Shown: positions 31,039-41,891 of the stretch, piece after piece
How the letters are laid out: each line of letters opens with the position of its first letter
Position numbering within the stretch: position 1 is the stretch's first letter
Assembly: GCA_963769935.1 (NCBI GenBank)
Contig: CAVYNY010000011.1
Coordinates: 256,001-320,000 of the forward strand
Origin: an uncultured delta proteobacterium
GTDB lineage: Bacteria; Desulfobacterota; Desulfobacteria; Desulfobacterales; JAFDCJ01
Length of the DNA: 64,000 bases
Direction: 5' to 3'
Program-made: the position numbers and the translations under genes
Notes under the pieces: generated by a model
The model's database searches: none
Told to the model about the DNA's origin: nothing
What the model saw: the letters and a program-made list of their open reading frames with translations, nothing else

Positions 31039-31133
31039 AATTAATCCGCCGCACCCGTGAAAAAATTATATCCTTCAGTTATCAAAGAACAATTTAAAAC
31101 TTTGATAGTGCTATTCTTCGGGGCGGATTAATT
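31039..31133 (+). repeat. 95-bp MITE-like element, copy 3 (between pylSc and pylSn)
   Basis: AATTAATCCGCC...GGCGGATTAATT, 95 bp. Confidence 0.7.
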
Positions 31134-31153
31134 AGTATGGAGAGCTACTAGCT

Positions 31154-31501
31154 TTGGAGGAGAAGACGCCGACCAAACAGCCTGCTAAGCGCTATTACCG
31201 CAAGCGGGTGGAGCTTTTTCGCCTCATCGACAAAATTAAGCTCTGGCCTTCGCGCCAGGGCCTGCTGCACGGCATCAGGACAATTGAGATTGCAGGCGAT
31301 CAGGCGCGCGTGACGACCCACTGCAACAAAACGTTTATGATTACCAATTCCAGAAACAGCCGGGCTGCCCGCTGGCTCAGAAATAAATGGTTCAAAGGGG
31401 TATGCGGGACTTGCCGGGTCCCGGAATGGAAGTTGGCCAAGTATTCAGCCACTTATTTCAAACGCCGGTATGGTTCGGACTTGTTGAGAGAGAAGGAATA
31501 G
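31154..31501 (+). CDS. pylSn: Pyrrolysyl-tRNA synthetase, N-terminal tRNA-binding subunit
   Basis: KIKLWPSR.G.LHGI, THC, NSRNSRAARWLRNK, CxxC-VPEWKL. Confidence 0.94.
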   Translation: MEEKTPTKQPAKRYYRKRVELFRLIDKIKLWPSRQGLLHGIRTIEIAGDQARVTTHCNKTFMITNSRNSRAARWLRNKWFKGVCGTCRVPEWKLAKYSATYFKRRYGSDLLREKE

Positions 31502-31545
31502 AGGTTCAGAGTTCAGGGTTCACAGTTCAAAGGTTTTGGGGTGAC

Positions 31546-31789
31546 ACCTCATATGAAACTACATCTCACACAGAGCGCTCAGAGATCACAGAGGTCTGGG
31601 TTTACAGGCGCCTGCGGCGAAAGAAAAATGTTCTCTGCGGTCTCTGTGAGCTCTAACGGCTTGTCGGGTCGTAGCTCGAAGAGCGAAGCCTGAAAGTGGG
31701 CGTGATATTAAATCCAACTGTGTCCGATTTCCAAAAGTTTCTTTTATGATCAGACCGGCCGTTGTTTTGGCCGGCGGCGGCGCTGACAC
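31546..31789 (+). repeat. Modular intergenic repeat, copy B
   Basis: Identical blocks shared with 19815-20000. Confidence 0.75.
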
Positions 31790-31832
31790 TTGAACCCTAA
31801 ACCGTTAAACCTTTGCCACAAAGGAGATCTAG

Positions 31833-32723
31833 ATGCACCCGTTGATCGAATCCCTGATCAAGAGCGGTCCGGTCGTAACCGACGGATCCTGGGGAACCCA
31901 AATGCACAAGCGCGGCTTGAAACGCGGCCAGAGCCCGGATTCCTGGAATCTGAGCCATCCGGCACAGGTTGAAGATGTGGCCCGGCAATATGTCGATGCC
32001 GGAAGCCGGATCATCCTAACCAACACCTTCGGCGCAAGCCGCCTGTCGTTATCAAATTACCGACTGGGAGATAGGGTGCTTGATATCAACAGCGCCGGTG
32101 TGCGAATTTCAAAGCAGGCCGCCGGCGACCGGGCGCTTGTTTTTGCTTCCATCGGCCCGACCGGCAGAATGCTGGTAACCGGGGAGACCACCGCAGCAGA
32201 ACTGCAAACTGTATTCCAGGAGCAGGCCGATGCCCAGGCCCGGGCCGGCGCGGATGGGATCATTATTGAAACCATGATCGATATCGATGAAGCCAGAATC
32301 GCGGCGCTGGCCGCCAAACAAACCGGTCTGCCGGTCATTGTCAGCATGGTGTATGATTCCGGCGAGGACAAAGACCGAACCATGATGGGCAACAGCCCGG
32401 AAGAAGTTGCGGCCGAACTTGGGAAAATTGGTATCGACGGCATCGGAGCCAACTGCGGACAGGGCATTGAAGCATTTTTGCCGATTTGCAAGCGCCTGCG
32501 GCAGGCTGCGGATCTTCCCATCTGGCTGAAACCCAACGCCGGTCTGCCGGAAGTTGTTGACGACAGCGTGGTGTTTCGCACCACCCCCGCTGCGTTTGCT
32601 AAATACATTCCCGATCTGATTCAAGCCGGTGCAAATTTTATCGGCGGCTGCTGCGGCACGGACCAGGAATTCGTGAAGGTCATCCGGCAGGCGGTGGCCG
32701 AATTTATAAAACCGAAAATATAA
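31833..32723 (+). CDS. Stand-alone homocysteine S-methyltransferase domain protein (MetH N-terminal-like)
   Basis: DGSWGT, TNTFGA, SIGPTG, IETM, GANCG, KPNAGLP, GGCCGT (three Zn-ligand Cys). Confidence 0.9.
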   Translation: MHPLIESLIKSGPVVTDGSWGTQMHKRGLKRGQSPDSWNLSHPAQVEDVARQYVDAGSRIILTNTFGASRLSLSNYRLGDRVLDINSAGVRISKQAAGDRALVFASIGPTGRMLVTGETTAAELQTVFQEQADAQARAGADGIIIETMIDIDEARIAALAAKQTGLPVIVSMVYDSGEDKDRTMMGNSPEEVAAELGKIGIDGIGANCGQGIEAFLPICKRLRQAADLPIWLKPNAGLPEVVDDSVVFRTTPAAFAKYIPDLIQAGANFIGGCCGTDQEFVKVIRQAVAEFIKPKI

Positions 32724-32749
32724 CCTTAAAAAAATGTGCAGCCTAAGAC

Positions 32750-32845
32750 AATTAATCTGCCGGACATTCGTTCTTGCAACTTTCTGCAATTGTCAAAGAA
32801 CTATTCTACATCCCTGAATATGCAATTTTTCAGGGCGGATTAACT
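32750..32845 (+). repeat. 95-bp MITE-like element, copy 4
   Basis: AATTAATCTGCC...CCCTGAATAT...CAGGGCGGATTAACT, 96 bp. Confidence 0.7.
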
Positions 32846-32865
32846 ATATTAATCAGGAGGAAAAT

Positions 32866-34053
32866 ATGCCCGAATCTTTTATACTTCCCTTTCACGACTG
32901 GCTGGTTGAGCTGCGGCGCGACCTCCACCAAATTCCGGAACTCGGCTACCGGGAGCATAAAACGGCATCCAGGATCTGCCGGGAGTTGGATCAGCTGGAA
33001 GTGCCCTACCAAACTGCCGTGGGCCGGACCGGAGTGGTGGCCCGGCTGAAGGCTGAAACCGGCGGCCCGCTGGTTGCCTACCGGGCTGATATGGATGCCC
33101 TGCCGCTGGAAGAGGCCCATGACGTTTCTTATAAGTCCCGGCACGAAGGAATGATGCATGCCTGCGGCCATGACGGGCATGTGACCATTGCCCTGGGGAT
33201 TATGCGCTGGCTGAAGGAACAGGAGTGGCAGCGCAAAGGCAGCGGTGAAATCATTTTCTTTTTTCAACCTGCAGAAGAAGGCGGTGCCGGTGCCAAGGCC
33301 ATGCTGGGCACCGGATTGTTTGATCATGAGCCGGTCAAAGCCATTTTTGCCGGGCATATGAATCCGGAGCTGCCCGTTGGAAGGGTCGAACTCATTTACG
33401 GCACCGCCCATGCCGCCACCAACACCATCGGCATTCGGATAAAGGGTAAAGGCGGGCACGGGGCCGCCCCCCATCTTTGCATCGACCCCATTATTGCGGG
33501 CGCCCATCTGCTTACCCAGCTGCAGACCTTTACCAGCCGCAGTCTTTGTCCCCTGGACAGCGCGGTGCTTACCATTGGTGAATTTCATGCCGGAACTGCG
33601 GAAAATATCATACCGGAAGAAGCCCATTTGAAAGGGACCCTGCGCACCCTTACACCGGAAGTTCGCCGCCAGGCCGTCCGCCGGATTGAAGAAATGGTTC
33701 GGAGCCTGGATCTGGCATTCGGGGTTACAACGACCTTTAAAAACACTGAAGGCTATCCGGCCCACGTCAATGATACGGCAATGGTGGATCACCTGAAGAA
33801 TTGTGTCAACGAGGTTCTAGGCCCCGACGCAGCTTTTGTTGCCCGCCCCCGGATGGGAGCCGAGGATTTTGCCTATTTTTGCCAGAAGTGGCCGGGCGCC
33901 ATGGTAGGGATCGGCTGCCATGATCCGGCCAAGGGCTTCGAATTTGCCCTGCACTCCCCCCATTTTGATATGGACGAAAGGGTGCTGGACGTCGGGGTCC
34001 GCCTAATGGGTCACGCTCTGCTTCAGATTATTGAAAAAGAGAGGTCGGTTTAA
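32866..34053 (+). CDS. M20D-family amidohydrolase
   Basis: RRDLHQIPEL, RADMDALP, MHACGHDGH, FQPAEE, AEDF, HSPHF. Confidence 0.92.
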   Translation: MPESFILPFHDWLVELRRDLHQIPELGYREHKTASRICRELDQLEVPYQTAVGRTGVVARLKAETGGPLVAYRADMDALPLEEAHDVSYKSRHEGMMHACGHDGHVTIALGIMRWLKEQEWQRKGSGEIIFFFQPAEEGGAGAKAMLGTGLFDHEPVKAIFAGHMNPELPVGRVELIYGTAHAATNTIGIRIKGKGGHGAAPHLCIDPIIAGAHLLTQLQTFTSRSLCPLDSAVLTIGEFHAGTAENIIPEEAHLKGTLRTLTPEVRRQAVRRIEEMVRSLDLAFGVTTTFKNTEGYPAHVNDTAMVDHLKNCVNEVLGPDAAFVARPRMGAEDFAYFCQKWPGAMVGIGCHDPAKGFEFALHSPHFDMDERVLDVGVRLMGHALLQIIEKERSV

Positions 34054-34126
34054 ATTTAACATGAATTCTAAATCTCCAAACCTCCAAGCCTCTGAACCTC
34101 TGAACCTTTGAACGCTGAACCCAACT

Positions 34127-34166
34127 AAAGGATGATCCGGTTAGTTATCCGGATCATTCTTTTTTT
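34127..34166. terminator. Terminator between the convergent amidohydrolase and ilvD genes
   Basis: GGATGATCCGG/CCGGATCATTC stem with T-run. Confidence 0.65.
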
Positions 34167-34189
34167 ATTGGTAACGTTGCGGCGCAGTA

Positions 34190-35869
34190 TCATTCATCGG
34201 TTACGCAGCCCTCTGAGGCCGACTTTACGTTTTTAATGTATTTGTAAAGCGTGCCGCGACTTGCTTTATAAGGAGGGGCCTGCCAGGCGTTGCGGCGTTT
34301 GTTCATCTCAACATCGCTGATATGAACATCGATTGTATTATTTTCGGCGTCGATGGTGATCGGATCGCCGTTTTTCACCAGGGCGATGGGGCCGCCCTCC
34401 TGGGCTTCAGGGGCGATGTGTCCGGCAATAAATCCGTGGGATCCCCCTGAAAAACGGCCATCGGTCAGCAGGGCCACCTCCTGGCCGAGGCCGGCACCCA
34501 TGATGGCGGATGTAGGCGTCAGCATTTCGGGCATTCCGGGCCCGCCCTTGGGGCCCTCGTAACGGATGATGATGACATCGCCGCTGCTGATTTTTTTCTC
34601 TTCCAGGGCTGCCAGCATGTCTTCTTCAGAGTCAAACACGTTGGCCGTTCCGGTGAACTTGGTTCCTTCTTTGCCGGTAATCTTGGCCACGGCACCTTCC
34701 GGCGCCAGGTTGCCGTGCATAATTCGGATATGTCCGGTTGCTTTGATGGGATTTTCCAGCGGGCGAATAATTTCCTGGCCCGGTGAGAGGTCGGCGACAT
34801 TCGCCAGATTTTCGCCCAGTCTCTTACCGGTCACGGTGAGGCAGTCTCCCTGCAGTAATCCGGCTTCCAGCAAATATTTCATCACGGCCGGAATACCGCC
34901 GGCAGCATGGAGGTCTTCCTGGACGAAACGGCCGCTCGGCTTCAAATCAGCCAGGAAGGGCACCCGATTGCTTATCTCCTGGAAATCCTCCAGGGTGAGC
35001 GGCACATCCACCGAGCGTGCCATGGCGATTAAATGCAGGACGGCATTTGTTGAGCCGCCCAGGGCCGTGACGACCACCATGGCATTTTCAAAGGCCTGAC
35101 GGGTCATAATGTCGCGCGGCTTGATGTCTTTTTCCAGCAAATTTCGGATCGTCGCACCGGCTTGAATACATTCTTCAAGTTTTTGCGGCGATTCGGCCGG
35201 CGTACTGGAGCTGTAAGGCAGCGACATACCCATGGCCTCGATGGCCGAGGCCATGGTATTGGCTGTGTACATACCGCCGCAGGCGCCGGCGCCCGGACAG
35301 CTGTGGCGTACAATGGCATGACGCAGTTTGTCATCAATTTTGCCTGCCAGATATTCACCGTAGCTTTGAAAGGCGGATACAATATCAAGCTTTAAATCGG
35401 CATGGTGACCGGCGTGAATGGTGCCGCCATAAATCATCAGCGCCGGGCGGTTCAGCCGTCCCATGGCCATAACACATCCCGGCATATTTTTATCACACCC
35501 CGGCAGGGAAATGTTGGCGTCGTACCACTGGGCATGCATTACCGTTTCAATCGAGTCGGCAATCAGGTCGCGGGACTGCAGGGAATAGCTCATGCCTTCG
35601 GTTCCCATGGAGATGCCGTCACTGACCCCGATGGTGTTAAAGCGCATGCCGATCATCCCGGCCGCTTCCACCCCTTCTTTTACTTTAGCGGCCAGGCTGT
35701 TTAAGTGCATGTTGCAGGTGTTGCCTTCAAACCACACGCTGGCGATACCCACCTGGGCTTTTTCCATGTCGGCTTCCTGCAGGCCGGTGCCGTAAAGCAT
35801 TGCCTGGGAGGCGCCCTGGGATTTCGGCTGGGTAATGCGGGAGCTGTATTTGTTCAGTTTATCGGTCAT
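34190..35869 (-). CDS. ilvD: Dihydroxy-acid dehydratase
   Basis: [48 protein letters not shown]. Confidence 0.96.
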   Translation of the reverse strand: MTDKLNKYSSRITQPKSQGASQAMLYGTGLQEADMEKAQVGIASVWFEGNTCNMHLNSLAAKVKEGVEAAGMIGMRFNTIGVSDGISMGTEGMSYSLQSRDLIADSIETVMHAQWYDANISLPGCDKNMPGCVMAMGRLNRPALMIYGGTIHAGHHADLKLDIVSAFQSYGEYLAGKIDDKLRHAIVRHSCPGAGACGGMYTANTMASAIEAMGMSLPYSSSTPAESPQKLEECIQAGATIRNLLEKDIKPRDIMTRQAFENAMVVVTALGGSTNAVLHLIAMARSVDVPLTLEDFQEISNRVPFLADLKPSGRFVQEDLHAAGGIPAVMKYLLEAGLLQGDCLTVTGKRLGENLANVADLSPGQEIIRPLENPIKATGHIRIMHGNLAPEGAVAKITGKEGTKFTGTANVFDSEEDMLAALEEKKISSGDVIIIRYEGPKGGPGMPEMLTPTSAIMGAGLGQEVALLTDGRFSGGSHGFIAGHIAPEAQEGGPIALVKNGDPITIDAENNTIDVHISDVEMNKRRNAWQAPPYKASRGTLYKYIKNVKSASEGCVTDE

Positions 35870-35930
35870 TTTGTTCTCCTTATACACATCGTCGTGATCA
35901 ATGGCGCGTTCGGCCTTTAAAATAAAGCAT

Positions 35931-36017
35931 CCCCGCCGCAAGCAGCGGGGTATTTGTCCGAGGTTTGCGGCAATCTTATCGCAGCGAGCTGCGGGGAATT
36001 AGACCCGAACAAGATTA
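35931..36017. repeat. Pair of GC-rich REP-like palindromes (CCCCGCCGCAAGCAGCGGGG; CGCAGCGAGCTGCG)
   Basis: Two related hairpins upstream of ilvD. Confidence 0.45.
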
Positions 36018-36236
36018 AAATGTTTACTACTTTACTTGTAAGGTCGATTTCCATTTCGTCAACCTTCGAACCAGACTATACAGGCTCAAACCCGCAACGT
36101 TGCGCAAACATTCAGGCAGCGCCCGGTGGTTTCCATAGTTGTAATGAAATAAAAGGTGCTTATTTTTCGTTGAGCTTGCCGCTGTTTCCGATAAACAGGC
36201 TTATGGCCGACAAATATAGATTAGAAGAGGTATGGG

Positions 36237-36654
36237 ATGAAAAAAGTCCTTTTGGTTATATTATCCATTTTCTTATTTGCCTTTTCCCTGGGAGCAGGCA
36301 ATGGCGAAATCATCGGCATTAATTACCAGCCGGCCCGCTACCTGGATGTTTCCGCCAATGAGGCTGCGCAGCTCATCAATAATGAACACCCCTTAATACT
36401 TAGATGTCCGCACGCCCGGTGAATACAACAATGGACACCTGCAAAATGCGGTTTTGATTCCGGTTCAGGAACTGCAAGATCGCCTCAAGGAGTTGGCCGC
36501 TTACAAAGATCGGGAAATTTTGATTTATTGTGCTACGGGAAGCCGCAGTAAAGCGGCATCCAAAATCCTGATTGATAGCGGCTTTAAACAAATCGCCAAC
36601 ATGCGCCACGGAATTTATGATTGGGTAAAAAAGAACCATCCCGTGACGCGGTGA
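36237..36654 (+). CDS. Secreted rhodanese-like domain protein with an apparent +1 frameshift at ~36400
   Basis: Signal peptide, then (L)DVRTPGEYNNGHL in a shifted frame, and YCATGSRS active loop. Confidence 0.78.
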
Positions 36655-36764
36655 TGTTCTGGATGCTGGATGCCCGATGGTGGATGCTGCATTCCTGCTT
36701 TCGCGGGAATTGCAAAAAGACTCCCCGACTGCTCAAATAATAATTGGAAAAAGGAGGAAGGTAT

Positions 36765-37304
36765 ATGTTTATTGATTTAATTCGGCAGAGAAGAAGTATT
36801 CGCAAGTTTACGGATGAAAAAATCGAAGCGGATAAAATTGAAGTCTTGAAGGAAGCCGCACTGCGCTCACCGTCATCGATGGGTAGTAATCCCTGGGAGT
36901 TTGTCTTTGTCACCGACCAGCAGCTGCTGGCAAAACTGGCCAAGGCCAAACCCCACGGTGCAGGATTTCTTTCAGAAGCCCGGCTGGGGATCGTTGTGTG
37001 TGCCGATCCTGAAAAATCGGGCGTCTGGATTGAAGATGCTTCCATTGCCACCATTTATCTTCACCTTGCGGCAGCATCGCTGGGGCTGGGAAGCTGCTGG
37101 ATCCAGATAAGAGAAAGAATGCACGACGATCTGACTTCCGCTGAGTCTTATATTGCCCGGGTTTTGAACATACCTTCAAATTTTAAAGTCGAGGCGATGA
37201 TAGGTATCGGGTATCCCGCGGAACAAAAAGCGCCCCACAAAAGAGAAGCGCTGCAGGATGAGAAAATTTTTCTAAACCGGTACGGCAGTCCCTTTGCGGG
37301 CTGA
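36765..37304 (+). CDS. Nitroreductase family protein
   Basis: RRSIRKF, SPSS...PWEF, LGLGSCW, IGYP. Confidence 0.92.
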   Translation: MFIDLIRQRRSIRKFTDEKIEADKIEVLKEAALRSPSSMGSNPWEFVFVTDQQLLAKLAKAKPHGAGFLSEARLGIVVCADPEKSGVWIEDASIATIYLHLAAASLGLGSCWIQIRERMHDDLTSAESYIARVLNIPSNFKVEAMIGIGYPAEQKAPHKREALQDEKIFLNRYGSPFAG

Positions 37305-37415
37305 CAAGAAATCTGCTTTCTGTGTCGAGCAGCGTTTCATCAAAATCAAAAAATGCGCCTATCCGTACACTGACAATGTTGCCGTTTTTACAATCTTCAA
37401 TTTTCAATTATCCGT

Positions 37416-38228
37416 CTAGTTCCCTTCGAATACCGGTCGTTCTCTTTTCACAAAGGCGTTGTAGGCGCGCTTGAAATCTTGAGTCTGCATACAAAGGGCC
37501 TGGGTCTGGGCCTCGGATTCGATAGCCTGCTCAATGGTCATGCTCCACTCCTGGTTGAGCATGGTCTTGGTCATGCCGTGGGCAAAGTTGGGGCCGGCCA
37601 CCAGGCGCTGCGCCGTGGTCATGGCCTGCGCATAAGGATTTTCGCTGACACCGTTGAAGAAGCCCCAGCGTTCCCCCTCCCCGGCTGTCATGCTGCGGCC
37701 GGTCAGCAGCAATTCCGTTGCGCGGCCCTGGCCGATGATACGGGGCAGGACGGCACAGGCTCCCATATCGCAGCCCGCCAGACCCACCCGCACAAACAGA
37801 TAGGCAACCTGCGAGTCGGGGGCGCCGTACCGCAGGTCACAGGCCATGGCGATGGCCGCCCCGGCGCCGGCACAGATACCTTCGATGGCGCCGATGACCG
37901 GCTGGGGACAGCCGCGAATCGCTTTGACGACATCTCCCGTCATGCGGGTAAACGCCAACAGGCCCTTCATATCCATTTGGGTAAGGGGCCCGATGATCTC
38001 GTGAACATCGCCGCCGGAGCAGAAGTTTCCGCCCGCTCCACGAATAATGACGGCCTCAATATCATCGGTGTATACCAGATCGCGGAACACATCCCGCAGC
38101 TCGGCATACGAGTCAAACGTCAGTGGATTTTTACGCTCGGGGCGGTTGAGGGTGACCGTTGCAACCGTACCTGCGGTTTCCCACAGAAAGTGCTTCGCCG
38201 TGTGGTCCGCCAGCTTAATCGAATGCAT
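37416..38228 (-). CDS. Enoyl-CoA hydratase family protein
   Basis: [22 protein letters not shown]; the type found in 2-aminobenzoyl-CoA clusters. Confidence 0.9.
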   Translation of the reverse strand: MHSIKLADHTAKHFLWETAGTVATVTLNRPERKNPLTFDSYAELRDVFRDLVYTDDIEAVIIRGAGGNFCSGGDVHEIIGPLTQMDMKGLLAFTRMTGDVVKAIRGCPQPVIGAIEGICAGAGAAIAMACDLRYGAPDSQVAYLFVRVGLAGCDMGACAVLPRIIGQGRATELLLTGRSMTAGEGERWGFFNGVSENPYAQAMTTAQRLVAGPNFAHGMTKTMLNQEWSMTIEQAIESEAQTQALCMQTQDFKRAYNAFVKRERPVFEGN

Positions 38229-38565
38229 GATGATATTCCTTTCAACAACAGAAGTTACTTTCAGGGCAGAATCAAATTTACTTTTTTAGATACTGTGTGC
38301 AAATAGAACATCGAACATTGAACGTCCAACTTCGAATGTCCAATATTGATGGCGCTACGCTTTATCTAATTTAAAACAAATACCCCGCCCAATTTTGAAT
38401 GAAAGATGCGCGCGTGCAGCGCACACATTGCGTATGGCTGTGAATTTTTTAAAAAGATCGAATACAATATTCGACGTTCGACGTTCAATGTTTATTGTTG
38501 GAGGTTCATTAGTTTCCTTTTTCGATCAAACTGGTTGAATCCAGTGGACCGGCGGCTGGGCTGAC

Positions 38566-38785
38566 ACCTCATATGAAACTTCCTTAAATTCGATGCCATT
38601 TTTACGAAGTGTCTCACCGCTGAGAGCGCAAAGAGCGCAGAGATTAATTTAACTTTTCTTTCTCGGCGTTCTCCCACCGGGGCGTAGGCCCTATGGGCCA
38701 GAGGCGGCGGGCTCTGCGGTGAACTATTATGCTTCTTTTTCGATCAGACCGGCCGTCGTTTTGGCCGGCGGCTGGGCTGACACCT
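38566..38785 (+). repeat. Modular intergenic repeat, copy C (same ends, different filling)
   Basis: ACCTCATATGAAACT...GATCAGACCGGCCG...GCTGACAC. Confidence 0.65.
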
Positions 38786-38814
38786 GACACCCGAAACCTG
38801 ACACCTTCAATTAC

Positions 38815-39585
38815 TTACATCACTTCCCCGCCGGCCACGATGATGGCCTGGCCGGTGATGGAGGCCGACTCCGGGCGGCACAGCCAGGCAACGGTATCGG
38901 CCACTTCGGCCGGTTGTATCAACCGCCCCTGAGGATTGCTGCGGGTGAACTCAGCCCTGGCTTCTGCTGCCGAACGTCCGGTTTTTTCAACGATATTTTG
39001 CACTGCCTCCCGTACGATATCGGTATCGGTGTAGCCCGGGCAGACCGCGTTGACGGTGATGCCGCTTTTGGCCGCCTCCAAGGCGAGGGCCCGCGTCAGT
39101 CCCAGCACGCCGTGCTTGGCGGCACAATAGGCGCTGACATAAGCATAGCCTTTGAGGGCGGCGGTACTGGCCACATTGACGATGCGGCCCCAACCGCGCC
39201 CCCGCATTTCATCGAACACCGCCCGCGTGCAGTTAAAAACGCCGTCCAGGTTGACGGCCATCATGCGGCGCCAGTGTTGAACATCCAGTTTGTGAAACGG
39301 TGCGGAGGCCGCCGCACCGGCAGTGTTCACTAATATGTCGACCGGCCCGAAACCCGCCCGCGCCCGGTCAAAGGCGGCCGCAACGCTATCGCCGTCGGTC
39401 ACATCGCAGGGCACACTGCGGGCTTGCGGAAGCGTTGCCGCCGTGGCGTCCAGGGGTTTCAGACGGCGTCCCATCACCGTAATGCGGGCACCCTCCGCGG
39501 CCAATGCAGCCGCAATGGCGGCGCCAATCCCCGTGCCGCCCCCCGTAATCACCGCGTGTTTTTCTTTTAGTTTCATGATCTTCAT
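38815..39585 (-). CDS. SDR-family oxidoreductase
   Basis: [19 protein letters not shown]. Confidence 0.92.
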   Translation of the reverse strand: MKIMKLKEKHAVITGGGTGIGAAIAAALAAEGARITVMGRRLKPLDATAATLPQARSVPCDVTDGDSVAAAFDRARAGFGPVDILVNTAGAAASAPFHKLDVQHWRRMMAVNLDGVFNCTRAVFDEMRGRGWGRIVNVASTAALKGYAYVSAYCAAKHGVLGLTRALALEAAKSGITVNAVCPGYTDTDIVREAVQNIVEKTGRSAAEARAEFTRSNPQGRLIQPAEVADTVAWLCRPESASITGQAIIVAGGEVM

Positions 39586-41891
39586 GCGTTCAGCGCCATT
39601 TCGGCGGCGCGTTTCAGGTTGCGTTCCAGCTGTTCGAATCCGTTAAGATACTGCACGGGACAGCGGACGCCGTCGCCATGATACTCCTGTCGAGCGGCAG
39701 CCCGCAGGGTCCAATAGCGGTCCATCAAATGCGGCCGGGCCAGGCAGCACAGGTCGGCGCGGCCGGCGGCGATGATGCTGTTGATGTGATCGATCTCGTA
39801 GATGTTGCCCACCGCCATGGTCGGAATACCGGCCTCATTGCGGATCTGATCGGCAAACGGCGTCTGAAACATGCGCCCGTAAATCGGTTCGGCGTCGGGG
39901 CTGGTCTGACCGGCGGAAACATCGATAATATCGGCACCGGCCCCGACAAAGGCTTTGGCAATCAACACCGCCTCAGCCGGCGTAACGCCCGCATCGCCGA
40001 TCCAGTCGTTGGCCGAGATTCGCACCGACAATGGTTTGGGGTCCGGCCAGATTGTGCGCAGCACGCGGCACACCTCCAGCGGGTACCGCAGCCGGTTTTC
40101 CAGCGAGCCGCCGTATTCGTCGCGGCGTTTGTTCAGCAGCGGGGTGATGAACGCGGACAGCAGATAGCCATGGGCGCAGTGCAGCTCCAGCATATCGAAC
40201 CCGGCTCCGGCGGCCCGCCTGGCGGCGGCCGCATACTCGCCAAGCACCCTGTCCATGTCCGCGCGGGTCATGGCACGCGGCACCTGATTTGCCGGGCTAT
40301 ACGGCACCGGGGAAGGTCCGATGATTTCCCAGTTGCCTTGGGCCAGAGGTTTGTCAATGCCTTCCCAACCCACCTGAGTCGAGCCTTTCGGGCCTGAATG
40401 GCCCAGCTGAAGGCAAAATTTGGCCGCCGTGTGGTTGTGGACAAAATCGACGATGCGTTTCCAGGCGGCCTGCTGTTCATCGTTCCAAATACCGGCACAT
40501 CCGGGGGTGATGCGTCCTTCGGGGCTGATATCGGTCATTTCGGTGTAAACCAGTCCGGCCCCACCCATGGCCAGCGAACCGTAATGAACCAGATGCCAGT
40601 CGGACGGCAGCCCTACTTCGGCACTGTACATGGACATCGGGGAGACGACCACCCGGTTTTTCAGGGTCATTTGGCGGAGCTTGAAGGGGGTGAACATGGG
40701 AGGCACCGGACCGGCCGCCGGTTTGCCGCAGGCCCGGCCGGCAAAGCTTTTTTCGATATCCTCCAGCCATTTTTTGTCGCGCAATCTCAAATTTTCATGA
40801 CTGACGCGTTGGCTGCGGGTCAGCAACGAGTAGGTAAATTGCTTCATATCGAAGTTTTCGATGTAGCGCGGCGCATTTTCAAACCAGCTCATGGAGTTGC
40901 GGGCTGCGCTCTGCAGTCTCAACGCTTCGAGCTCCCGTTCATCCTGGTAAGCCTGCAGCGCTTCGGGTACCGGCTTGCCGGAATGCATGCTGTGAGCCAG
41001 GCAGATGGCGTCCTCGAAGCCCAGTTTGGTGCCGGAGCCGATGGAATAGTGGGCGGTGTGAGCGGCGTCGCCGATCAGCACAACGTTGTCCTTAATCCAG
41101 TTGTGACAGAGCACCCGCGGAAAGCTGATCCAGGCCGATCCGCGTATGTGGCGGGAATTGGTAAGCAGCCGGTGCCGGCCGAGGTGTTTGGCGAAAATTT
41201 GGCGGCAGGCTTCGGCGCTTTCTTCCTGGGACATGTGCGCAAAGCCCAATTTTTCGTAGGTTTGCGCCTGGCATTCGACAATGAAAGTGGAGGTATGCCG
41301 GTCGAACTGGTAGGCATGGGCCCAGATCCAGCCTTGCCTTGTCTCCTCAAAGATGAAGGCGAAGGCGTCATTGAAGCACTGGCGGGTGCCGAGCCAGACA
41401 AATTTGTTGGGCCGCAGGTCGATATCGGCCTCAAAGCCTTTCAGATCGCTGTTGCGGATTTTGGAATTAATGCCGTCGGCGGCGACGATCAGATCAGCGC
41501 CGGCAAACTTTTGGGGGATATCGTCAACTTCGACCTCCTGTTGGAAAATCAGCTCGACCCCGAGTTGCCGGGCGCGTTCAAAAAGAATCTGCATCATCCG
41601 GCGGCGGCCGATGCCGATAAAGCCGTGTCCGCCGGAGCGCTCCACCTGGCCTCTGAGGTGCACGTCGATGTAATCCCAGCGCACCAGTTCTTCGATGATC
41701 GCCCGGGCGCTGACCGGGTCGTTCAGCCGCAGGTTGTCCATGGTTTGATCCGAAAAGACTACGCCCCAGCCGAACGTATCGTCCGGTTGGTTGCGCTCAT
41801 AAACGCTGATAGCATTTGCAGGATTGTGCAATTTCATGGAAATTGCCAAATAGACACCCGCAGGTCCTCCCCCGAGACATACGATTTTCAT
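39582..41891 (-). CDS. abmA: Bifunctional anthraniloyl-CoA monooxygenase / salicylyl-CoA 5-hydroxylase-reductase (FAD monooxygenase + OYE-like domain)
   Basis: [41 protein letters not shown], then OYE domain [18 protein letters not shown]. Confidence 0.88.
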   Translation of the reverse strand: MKIVCLGGGPAGVYLAISMKLHNPANAISVYERNQPDDTFGWGVVFSDQTMDNLRLNDPVSARAIIEELVRWDYIDVHLRGQVERSGGHGFIGIGRRRMMQILFERARQLGVELIFQQEVEVDDIPQKFAGADLIVAADGINSKIRNSDLKGFEADIDLRPNKFVWLGTRQCFNDAFAFIFEETRQGWIWAHAYQFDRHTSTFIVECQAQTYEKLGFAHMSQEESAEACRQIFAKHLGRHRLLTNSRHIRGSAWISFPRVLCHNWIKDNVVLIGDAAHTAHYSIGSGTKLGFEDAICLAHSMHSGKPVPEALQAYQDERELEALRLQSAARNSMSWFENAPRYIENFDMKQFTYSLLTRSQRVSHENLRLRDKKWLEDIEKSFAGRACGKPAAGPVPPMFTPFKLRQMTLKNRVVVSPMSMYSAEVGLPSDWHLVHYGSLAMGGAGLVYTEMTDISPEGRITPGCAGIWNDEQQAAWKRIVDFVHNHTAAKFCLQLGHSGPKGSTQVGWEGIDKPLAQGNWEIIGPSPVPYSPANQVPRAMTRADMDRVLGEYAAAARRAAGAGFDMLELHCAHGYLLSAFITPLLNKRRDEYGGSLENRLRYPLEVCRVLRTIWPDPKPLSVRISANDWIGDAGVTPAEAVLIAKAFVGAGADIIDVSAGQTSPDAEPIYGRMFQTPFADQIRNEAGIPTMAVGNIYEIDHINSIIAAGRADLCCLARPHLMDRYWTLRAAARQEYHGDGVRCPVQYLNGFEQLERNLKRAAEMALNA

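Noticed and set aside
32866..34053. M20D amidohydrolase as a Pyl-salvage or DMA-releasing enzyme
   Set aside because: Only adjacency supports it; the family is widespread and nothing in the sequence indicates its substrate
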